Shown: positions 34,301 through 41,424 of the stretch, piece after piece
How positions within the stretch are numbered: the stretch's first letter is position 1
Layout: every line of letters begins with the position of its first letter
Virus record (IMG/VR): IMGVR_UViG_3300023202_000163
Coordinates: 1 to 64,000 of that record
Length of the DNA stretch: 64,000 nucleotides
Source: a virus
Strand: one strand, 5' to 3'
The notes under the pieces: generated by a model
What the model saw: only the letters and a program-made list of their open reading frames with translations
Databases searched by the model: none
What the model was told of the DNA's origin: nothing
Translations under genes and position numbers: made by a program

Positions 34301-36106
34301 GATAAGGTTAAAGAAGTTTTAGGAATAGAGTGCTCTTTTTACACTAAAAAAGCTGTTGGGGACCTGTATATAAACGGCATTAAAACAGTTAGTGGAAAAG
34401 ATTGTGTGGAGGCCAGTATACATAGTGTGAAAGCTGTTGAATTATTTGCTAACTTGGGTGCTAAAAAGAATACAAACGGCTTAGGGCGTAAAAACTCTCA
34501 TGTAAAGAACATCCCTTGGTCTATTATGGAAGCCGATGAGCAATCTCAATTATCGTTTTTAGCCGCGTATCTTGAAGGAGACGGTACTGTTTCTACTAGT
34601 AAAAGAACTATAGCTTTCTATTCATTCTCTGATGAAATTAGGAAACAAATTCAAGTTATGTTAGCAACCCACGGAATTATATCAGTACGGAGAGGAAAAG
34701 CCGTTTCTGTGCATGGTCCATTTGCTATTCGTCTTATGACTATGTTGAGGCCATATCTTTTAGACAAAAACAAAGAGTTTAAAGCATTAAAGCTTCATCA
34801 CAATAGATTTGGAATACCCTCTAAACAATTTATTGAAAAACTTGAAAAAAGAATCGTGAAAGTAACTAATAGGGGTGTTCATTTCTTAGACGATGAAGGG
34901 GGAGATATTTTTATTAAAAATTGGGTGGCTTCACTGCCACCAGAAATTTTGAACTATGAGAAGTATACAGAAGGGGAATATACAGATTGGCTTAATATGG
35001 TGAGAAAGGTTGATAAAACTGTCTATGGAACCTTAATAAATCTTTTTGAACAAGAATACTTCTTTGACACTGTTAGTTCGGTGGAGTACGACAGAGAAAT
35101 AGATACTTATGACTTAATGATGAATTCGAATTATGATCGCTCTTTTGTGGCTTCTGGAATTTTGACACATAATAGTGGAGATGCAAGTTACAATAACATG
35201 GAAACCGCCCTGTCGGTATTTATGGAAACTCTCAGAACGCTGAGAACATATATGGATCGTCGTATTTTTTACGAGAAGATTTTTGCTACCCTGGCTAGGG
35301 TACACGGTTTCACGAAAAAAGACGCAAAAAGCAGAGGACCGAATAATCTTCGAAGAACGATGAATTATAAGAAGGCTTTAAGTATTCCAAAAGAAGATCT
35401 TCTTATGCCTAAAATTGTCTGGGATAAAAAACTTCAGCCCGAAGGTGATATGAACTTTATGGAAATGCTTCGAACGGCGGATGAGGCTGGAGTACCTGTT
35501 ACTATGAAACAATGGGCCTCAGGAGCTGGATTAAATCTTGAAGAAATGATGGAAGATTTGAACGAAGACGCGCAATATAGAAAAAAAATTGCTGAATGGA
35601 GAAAACAGTTTACTGGCGATCAAGCAATGGAGCAAGAAGTATTATCTGGAGAAGGGCTACGTTCAATTCCTATATGGGACGAAAAAAATAACTTTGTTGC
35701 TCTGTCTTCTACAGAAGCTATAGATATTTTAGAGCATTTCATGGAAAATAGAAGAAACATGCTAAAGCTGACAAGTGCTGACGAGACGATGCGTACTATT
35801 AGCGCCATGGTTGACGGGCACGCTCTGAAAACTGAATTAATGGCATATCTATTAAGAAGGCTTGGAGTAAAAACTGATCTTCCTATAGAAGAAAGAGCAG
35901 TGGACGCAATAGGGGAACATCTTCTTAAGATAGGAAAATCTTCCGAGTCCTCTAAAGTTAAAAAAGCAGTACATGCGGAGTTTCAGACTTTAGCTCGCGT
36001 TATGTCTAAAGATATACCTAAGGAAAGAAAACTAGCCTTGTTGGAGGGGATGTCAAACCGTCAAGATATGTCTCCATTCACACCGAAAGCCGTTACTGGA
36101 GTATAG
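31328..36106 (+). CDS. Portal protein with two inteins (683 aa after splicing)
   Basis: Downstream of terL; IDLYSNLP, YDFVG|TSFL and LGISDAFL|SGDASY patterns of large-phage portals. Confidence 0.85.
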   Translation: MKFNFENSHHSRKSAYGRRDSREGLGKVVQANIGGSRGTGGTGGGGGGGFPGSGSGNNLTSGGQYDVTRYNPVHDHLEIGSLIEDWMPRDASGLHQMWRLIYLRDAIVGPSIDLYSNLPYSEYRLTGIDDPEILRVYQDTMERLDISTMMPELVKEFLTIGKFCSSLIFDSKQGSFIDWTHHDPDFLRIEPIPVRGFDPKVDLVASPALKNFIHSMDDRDLAVKEQLPEEYLRELEKQGTYKLNPLSTLFVPRRASPYDFVGCVTGDTLLSTDKGFIRISEIPNIYPSRGDGKLEAVSIQVPAIAGQDTATHWVDKGEQPTKGLITEHGYRLTGTLDHPVLTLDTRTCQSCWVPLSEISEGSIIALNKKEIWPDIDVVFESTPVQPSANNAKIHVIPQTMTQELALILGYLTSEGYVREDKISFSNSNPEVLEDFLSAFRLCFPTYEPCVGKPRENGLKEITIASVHITRFLHSLGLAPVRAHQKEIPWSVLQSTKNSMAAYLSGLFEGDGTTRADECGLTSKSEELIRQTQVVLLNFGILCSISSPLEGVWFLRMSGSQYDLFHKKIGFRSSAKTHESTRRGRRPKGFNKLPGLEAYVRKLVKDRRVSVGTYINDEGNTVKASVKTKTYGWFNTRSNVYRGISWLRSISVSEANKVQNFVDQTLHWEMVSETSDEGTQRVYDLVVPNSHAFTSNGIVSHNTSFLTRIVSFWALEKSLIESTVTNARRRTRSILHVNAGLENLWEPTEEELEAISGLFIQADEDPVGAVVTTRTGVETSEIRGGGDFWKLSDEWAFLTEGKMRALGISDAFLCLSGDTYIPTVDRGIVKIRDFLDKTRIKNFKESIPVDARNITVSSQYGLGHVDSWVYSGKKKVYKLTTDFGYGLSATKEHRFPVLRDGGVTWEPLENIQKNDHVIIPTNKCVRNTPLSLDRKIKRSCIEKIPNSKKINLPTEMTPSLAFLLGGVVSEGVIFDKHIRFTNSSQKFIKSFNDKVKEVLGIECSFYTKKAVGDLYINGIKTVSGKDCVEASIHSVKAVELFANLGAKKNTNGLGRKNSHVKNIPWSIMEADEQSQLSFLAAYLEGDGTVSTSKRTIAFYSFSDEIRKQIQVMLATHGIISVRRGKAVSVHGPFAIRLMTMLRPYLLDKNKEFKALKLHHNRFGIPSKQFIEKLEKRIVKVTNRGVHFLDDEGGDIFIKNWVASLPPEILNYEKYTEGEYTDWLNMVRKVDKTVYGTLINLFEQEYFFDTVSSVEYDREIDTYDLMMNSNYDRSFVASGILTHNSGDASYNNMETALSVFMETLRTLRTYMDRRIFYEKIFATLARVHGFTKKDAKSRGPNNLRRTMNYKKALSIPKEDLLMPKIVWDKKLQPEGDMNFMEMLRTADEAGVPVTMKQWASGAGLNLEEMMEDLNEDAQYRKKIAEWRKQFTGDQAMEQEVLSGEGLRSIPIWDEKNNFVALSSTEAIDILEHFMENRRNMLKLTSADETMRTISAMVDGHALKTELMAYLLRRLGVKTDLPIEERAVDAIGEHLLKIGKSSESSKVKKAVHAEFQTLARVMSKDIPKERKLALLEGMSNRQDMSPFTPKAVTGV
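32114..33430 (+). mobile_element. Intein Portal-1 (439 aa), LAGLIDADG
   Basis: G/CVTGDTLL, TLDHP, LGYLTSEG, LFEGDG, VSHN/T. Confidence 0.96.
33764..35173 (+). mobile_element. Intein Portal-2 (470 aa), LAGLIDADG
   Basis: L/CLSGDTYI, TKEHRF, LGGVVSEG, YLEGDG, LTHN/S. Confidence 0.96.
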
Positions 36107-36109
36107 ATA

Positions 36110-37087
36110 GTGGAACCTAAAAAATATCAATTTAAAAATATAGCACCAGAATTAAGCGTTAAGATGTTTGAAGATCATGCCCTATTGTATGAATCTTACG
36201 TTGAGCGCTTAAACAGCACTATGGAGAAACTTTCTAACCCTTACGACCCAGAATTAATCAGATCGGCAGCTACTTCTGGGGGCCCATTCCGCGGGATGCA
36301 TGAGGACAGAACATATTTAACCAACGCTGTTTTATTGCACGAATTGTTTTTTGAAAACGTTATACTACCTCCTGATAGCCCGCCTATGACTGTAGGTCCT
36401 ATGTTTTCTTCCTTGCTTCAGGAATATTATCCTAATTTAAAAGCTTCTGACTTTTGGTCCCATATAGTGAAACCTATTGCCAAAGCAGCAAGAGGTTGGT
36501 GTATAGTAGGCTGGGATACTATTCAAGCCAAATTAACGGTTTGCATGATAGACGATCATAATACTAATATAATTATAGGGTGCTATCCATTATTGGTAAT
36601 TGATGTCTGGGAACACGCTTACACACAGCAATATGGAATTGATATAGGAACCTATTTAGACCATCTTTATCGAAGCGTAAATTGGAGCGTAGTGGAACAC
36701 AGAGTTGCTACGGTACATAGTGCTTCCGAAATGATGCGAACGGCTGTGCCTGAGGAAGCTGAGGATTATATCAGGGATATGCAGAAGCAACACAGAGAAG
36801 ATTCTGAATTTGGCTTCCCTGATGAAAATTATTTTGAAAGTGGAGAACTGCCGCAAGGAGGAGGGCTGGATACTAGGCAAGAAGAGGCTATTAAACAAAA
36901 CCCCAGAGTACATAGTTCTGTAACCACCGCAGATTTGGAAGCTGCTTACGATAAAATTAAATTATTAAGTAAGGTAAGTTTTTCTCAAACTTTTGAAGAT
37001 TTATTTGACTCTGAGGTGAGAGGAAAAGATAAAGATTTTAGAGAAAAATTATGGTCTATGTTAAGAGAAGAACAGGAAGATAAATAA
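36110..37087 (+). CDS. Fe/Mn superoxide dismutase domain with acidic C-terminal extension
   Basis: DHALLYESYV, LHELFFEN, GWCIVG, DVWEHAY, VNWSVVEHR. Confidence 0.85.
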   Translation: MEPKKYQFKNIAPELSVKMFEDHALLYESYVERLNSTMEKLSNPYDPELIRSAATSGGPFRGMHEDRTYLTNAVLLHELFFENVILPPDSPPMTVGPMFSSLLQEYYPNLKASDFWSHIVKPIAKAARGWCIVGWDTIQAKLTVCMIDDHNTNIIIGCYPLLVIDVWEHAYTQQYGIDIGTYLDHLYRSVNWSVVEHRVATVHSASEMMRTAVPEEAEDYIRDMQKQHREDSEFGFPDENYFESGELPQGGGLDTRQEEAIKQNPRVHSSVTTADLEAAYDKIKLLSKVSFSQTFEDLFDSEVRGKDKDFREKLWSMLREEQEDK

Positions 37088-37089
37088 AG

Positions 37090-38025
37090 ATGAGCATCCA
37101 AAAAATTACACAGTTAGCGGGGCAAGCCATAGCCCTAGGATTTTCTGAAGAAATTATCAAATTAAACGAAGTTTTGGCGTTTGATATGAGATTCAATCTT
37201 AGACATCCTAAAATCGCAGCTATTTATATGCTAGAAACTCCTATAAACGGATGCCATTTTGAGGTAGTGAAAAGAGACGGAAATAGATATCACGTTGGCG
37301 GGGACATAGCTGCTAAAATTCTAGGCGAAGAAAAGGCATATATGTCTACGCTAGAAAATATAGCAAATCAAGCTAAGGAGCAGGCTGGCCTTATAAAACA
37401 ATTTTGCAGAAAATGTAGTTTATTTGATAAACTTTATCCCGAAGAGGCGCACGAACAAGCCATAAAAGAACGAGCCAAAGCTATGGAGGAGGAATATTTA
37501 AACGAAGCTGGAGGTATAATGGCAAGGCTTTCTAAAGCCGATACTATTCTTCCAAAAGCTCCCGTTCCCAATAAACCAAAAATAAATATTGCTCCCGAAG
37601 TAGCAGAAAGACTTCAAGCAAAGATTAGAGCGCACTGTGAAATACAATTTGCGGTTGCTCAGGCCCATATTCCTCATTGGATCGATTTCTTAATAAGCAA
37701 AGAAAAACAAGTTTTGGGGTCTAAAGAGTATTTTAAAGATTCGGACCCCACAGGGGTTTTGAGGTTGGAAGCTAGTGGTGGGAAAATAACTTTAACAAGA
37801 GAAGAAGAAATTATTGGGGAGTGGGATAATTATCAAGAGGCTAAAAATTTTCTAAGCCTTGGTCTGAATGCCCTCCCTAATGCCGTTCTTCCCGCGACAA
37901 AAACTTCCTACAAAAGAATTGTAGAGTCTATTTCTGCTGACGAAAATACATTAAAAAATGCTATAAGTGCGCAATTATCGAAAAATAATTGCTCCTCTGA
38001 GCTTTGGAATTATTTAAACGCATAA
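37090..38025 (+). CDS. Hypothetical head-module protein
   Basis: 311-aa ORF in operon. Confidence 0.7.
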   Translation: MSIQKITQLAGQAIALGFSEEIIKLNEVLAFDMRFNLRHPKIAAIYMLETPINGCHFEVVKRDGNRYHVGGDIAAKILGEEKAYMSTLENIANQAKEQAGLIKQFCRKCSLFDKLYPEEAHEQAIKERAKAMEEEYLNEAGGIMARLSKADTILPKAPVPNKPKINIAPEVAERLQAKIRAHCEIQFAVAQAHIPHWIDFLISKEKQVLGSKEYFKDSDPTGVLRLEASGGKITLTREEEIIGEWDNYQEAKNFLSLGLNALPNAVLPATKTSYKRIVESISADENTLKNAISAQLSKNNCSSELWNYLNA

Positions 38026-38077
38026 TTTACAGGCGAAGCTCTTATATCTACTGTAGTACATACTGCGGGAGATAAAA

Positions 38078-38821
38078 GTGTCTAATGAGCCCCATATAGT
38101 GTTAGGTGAGGTAGTGTCTGCTACTTCCACGGTAGAAGCATACAAAAAAAATTATAAATATGAGAAAAGTAACGGAATTACCGCCAGCGTTTTGGAGGGT
38201 AAAAATACTTCCGCTTCCGGATCTTTTAAAAGAGATATTGATGTTTCTTGGTTAGCAGCCGCTGCCGATACTTATCATATAAGCGCGGATATAAATGATT
38301 ACGTTATTGTTGACATACCTTCTGTTACAATAGATATACCTAATAGAAATCTACAAGCATTTCCTTACGAAGAAGTATCATACTTCGATAATATGCAAGG
38401 AAGTCTAGTTTACCAGACTTTTGTTGGCAGGCCTACGCATATAGACCACCAAAATTCCAACCCCGTGGAGGCCAAAGGTGTACATTTCGATGCCGCCTTG
38501 CAGTATGTCCCTAAATACAATGTTTGGAAAATACGAACGCTTGCGGGCTTTGATAGAACCAAAGATCATAAACTTGTGGCTGACATATTAAGTGGGCGCA
38601 GCAATGGTTATTCTATGGGAGCACTTGTCCAAAATTTCGTCTGTTCTAACTGCGGGAAAGTAGAAACTGTGAAAAACCCATGTAGATGTATGGCAATGGG
38701 AAAGGGTTCTATAATCGATGGAAGACTAGTTTACCAGCTTTGTGCTGGCGTGCAATATTTTGAACAATCTTCTGTATCCGATCCAGCAGATCCCACAGCT
38801 ATTTCAGACTCTGTGCGGTAA
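38078..38821 (+). CDS. Putative prohead (maturation) protease
   Basis: PNRN..AF, GRPTHIDH, KG...DA, YSMG followed by CSNCG, FEQSSVSDPAD; position between portal and scaffold. Confidence 0.78.
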   Translation: MSNEPHIVLGEVVSATSTVEAYKKNYKYEKSNGITASVLEGKNTSASGSFKRDIDVSWLAAAADTYHISADINDYVIVDIPSVTIDIPNRNLQAFPYEEVSYFDNMQGSLVYQTFVGRPTHIDHQNSNPVEAKGVHFDAALQYVPKYNVWKIRTLAGFDRTKDHKLVADILSGRSNGYSMGALVQNFVCSNCGKVETVKNPCRCMAMGKGSIIDGRLVYQLCAGVQYFEQSSVSDPADPTAISDSVR

Positions 38822-38840
38822 TTACAGGAAATTTAACCTA

Positions 38841-40028
38841 ATGTCATATAATCCTGAAAAAATAGAGGCTGGAAAAGGACCTACCAGAACACAAGGGCCT
38901 GGAAAGGCTAGTGACACTGTTAGAACTATGCGGAAAGTTAGCCGCGAACAAAATATGGGAGGTCCATCAGGAGGCCCTCAGGGCACAAAAAAAGGGAAAA
39001 AGGGCTATACACGAAAACAAAAACATAAGGGGCAAGATACCGCGCAGAGCGGAGAGCTTACAGAAGTGGATGAGACTTTTAGGCATATGAATTTTCCCCT
39101 TGCCCAAAACTGGGATGATTACGCTGAAGCAAGGCCTTGTGGCGAAGGAGAAGATCCTAGAATTGGGCACTGTAATCCCAATACTTCTCCTCCTAGTGAG
39201 CCTGAAGAAATTATGCTGGAAGATGAATATGTACCTGAAGAAATTATGCTGGAAGATGAATATGTACCTGATGATAAATTAATAAATTTGATAGAAAGCC
39301 CCAGCGAATGGAAGCAACCTTCACCCAGAGATAGAGGGAGAGATGACATGAGTTTTTACGATAGAACCACATTACATGGTAATAAAATTTCCGCCAATTG
39401 GGGAAGTCTCGTAGAATCTCGTCCTTGTGGGGACCAAGAAAAGTATCCAGAAAAGTGCGGAGAAGACTCTGATGGATCTTCTAATTATCCAGCTATAAAA
39501 GCCCCCAAAGCTCCCTCTTATCCGCAGCAAACCGGTAGACCTCCTCGACCTCTTAACGATTACGATAGGCAATGGCACGATGTTGCTTATTACTTAGGCG
39601 ATACAGATTCGTATTCAGAACTAAAAGAGAGGGCTGAGGATTTAGGCCTGCACGGAACAGACACCGAAGAACTTGTAGATTATTTGGTTGACGAACAAAT
39701 GCCAGTTTATGAAGCTTTAGAAATTTTACAAGATCATTATCAAGAAAAATGGGAAAAAGAAAATCCTGATCCATATAAAGGAACAGCCATGTTTAGAATA
39801 GCAGCAGATCTTAGTTGGTCTACTCATAAACCAGAAACTTTTGAAGATACAGGAGAGGATGGTTCCTTTCCCGCCTGGGGACTTAAATCTATCATAGACA
39901 GAGGCGTAAAGCCTCACGAGAAGCCCAAGGGTGATAAGAATATAAATCCGGATACGCAAACACAAAGGAGAAAGATTTCTAAGAAAAGTTTTAAATCTTA
40001 TTCAATGTTTGAAGATTTTAATGAGTAA
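38841..40028 (+). CDS. Low-complexity modular protein, probable internal head protein
   Basis: ATG at 38841 preferred over the ORF-track start; contains an ArfA-like basic motif, two RPCG-x8/9-C repeats and a tandem PEEIMLEDEYV. Confidence 0.65.
   Translation: MSYNPEKIEAGKGPTRTQGPGKASDTVRTMRKVSREQNMGGPSGGPQGTKKGKKGYTRKQKHKGQDTAQSGELTEVDETFRHMNFPLAQNWDDYAEARPCGEGEDPRIGHCNPNTSPPSEPEEIMLEDEYVPEEIMLEDEYVPDDKLINLIESPSEWKQPSPRDRGRDDMSFYDRTTLHGNKISANWGSLVESRPCGDQEKYPEKCGEDSDGSSNYPAIKAPKAPSYPQQTGRPPRPLNDYDRQWHDVAYYLGDTDSYSELKERAEDLGLHGTDTEELVDYLVDEQMPVYEALEILQDHYQEKWEKENPDPYKGTAMFRIAADLSWSTHKPETFEDTGEDGSFPAWGLKSIIDRGVKPHEKPKGDKNINPDTQTQRRKISKKSFKSYSMFEDFNE
39201..39271 (+). repeat. 33-bp perfect in-frame tandem duplication
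   Basis: CCTGAAGAAATTATGCTGGAAGATGAATATGTA twice, then CCTGA. Confidence 0.95.
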
Positions 40029-40032
40029 TAAT

Positions 40033-40059
40033 TAAAGTTTCGTTTTAATTTACCGATAA
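40033..40059 (+). promoter_or_regulatory. sigma28/FliA-like promoter
   Basis: TAAAGTTT-N11-ACCGATAA, one mismatch to TAAAGTTT-N11-GCCGATAA; upstream of the GIY-YIG gene. Confidence 0.6.
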
Positions 40060-40094
40060 GTAAATATATTTTAATTTGGGGATTTGAGGATTTA

Positions 40095-40742
40095 ATGATG
40101 AATGATAAAAAACCTTATGGAATTATTTACGTTTTAACAAGTCCGAGTGGGAAGCAATATGTTGGGCAGACTGTGCAGTCTGTGGAAAAAAGACTACTGT
40201 CTCACAAATCAGAAGCTAAAAAAAGTAGATCTGAACATTTACCTTTATACAGAGCAATAAAAAAATATGGAATAAATGCATTCACTTATGAAACTATAGA
40301 TAAAGCGTATAGTAGAGAAGAGTTGGATTTCTTAGAAAAACACCATATTTCTACATTAGGTACGCAAGAAACTGGATTAAACGTAGATGCGGGAGGCAGA
40401 GGCCGAAGCGGATTTAAACTAAATGATAAACAGACAGAGGCATTATATATATCAAACAGTAAACCAAAAACAAAAGAGCATAAAGCTAATATATCTAGGT
40501 CACACAAAGGAATGAAAAAACCTTGGGTTTGTACTCGAAATAAACAAGGATTAAGCAAAGAAACAAGACAAAAAATTAGTGAAACTCTTAAACAGTTTAA
40601 TTCTAAAAGAAAAGAAAATGAAATATTTCCACATGGTGAACCTCGTGGATATTGGCGCGGGTGTAAATGTGTTATGTGTAAAAAGGCGGCAGCCTCTTAT
40701 GCTTTGAACAATAAAAAGAATAGGAAAAGAAGAAATGGATGA
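40095..40742 (+). CDS. Free-standing GIY-YIG homing endonuclease with NUMOD3-like repeats
   Basis: GIIYVLT..GKQYVGQT..R...H, LEKHHI, GLN; EHKANIS and ETRQKIS motifs. Confidence 0.9.
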   Translation: MMNDKKPYGIIYVLTSPSGKQYVGQTVQSVEKRLLSHKSEAKKSRSEHLPLYRAIKKYGINAFTYETIDKAYSREELDFLEKHHISTLGTQETGLNVDAGGRGRSGFKLNDKQTEALYISNSKPKTKEHKANISRSHKGMKKPWVCTRNKQGLSKETRQKISETLKQFNSKRKENEIFPHGEPRGYWRGCKCVMCKKAAASYALNNKKNRKRRNG

Positions 40743-41239
40743 ACGATCAAAAAAATTAGCTGGTGGTCTTAAGTGGAGTGTTTTAGGATACGGACATGGC
40801 GGGCAGCACTACAACCCCCACGTCTCAAAACCCGTTGCTTTGGAACCTATCGGCGAAGAAGGCGGCTATCATTGACCCCGCGGGGTCAATGATAGCTTCT
40901 TAAAGGTTTTTAGTTTATTATTTCGGTCCGCCCCCCGATTACGGGGGCTCATACGGTCTCTATAGCGATGGGGACACTACCATATCTTGCCCAATGGCGC
41001 AAGAAGTGTACAGCCCTATGAACGGCAAGCCCATGAAATACGTGGGACCTACTTCTGTTGAGGACGTTAAAAAAGCCTTATCTGGCTCTAAATTTTCGAA
41101 ATTGTTACATTCTTGCCCAGAATGCTCCCATTCCTATGTTACTTCATCTGACTATGTTAAGGCACTTTCTTGCCCTGCTTGCGGCACAGCAAACGAGTAC
41201 GGATCCGCCTTAATGAGGGGGAGAAAAAGCAGAGCATAG
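40735..41239 (+). other. Split Zn-finger gene (40735-40875 and 40904-41239 in different frames)
   Basis: 5' part has an RBS and ATG and stops at TGA inside a palindrome; the 3' frame is open from 40904 and encodes CPEC...CPAC, with no obvious RBS before ATG 40994. Confidence 0.55.
40865..40896. repeat. Perfect 32-bp palindrome
   Basis: GCTATCATTGACCCCG|CGGGGTCAATGATAGC. Confidence 0.97.
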
Positions 41240-41424
41240 CAAAAGTATTTTAGCTATTATATTTACTTAGCAGTCTAACCCACCTGCAAAGTTTCAGGCT
41301 CAGGTGTGGGTCCATAAAAGTCTTATTGTGCCTGAAAGGCAAAGTTTAAAAAGTATTATATTACAGTAATAATTACTGTGCAATCCTGAGCCCATAGAAA
41401 TAGTTCAATAAGGACAAAAAAACA

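Noticed and set aside
40029-41000. Group I intron housing the GIY-YIG gene
   Set aside because: No recognisable P3/P4/P7 core in the short flanks; the upstream gene ends normally and the endonuclease has its own promoter and RBS.
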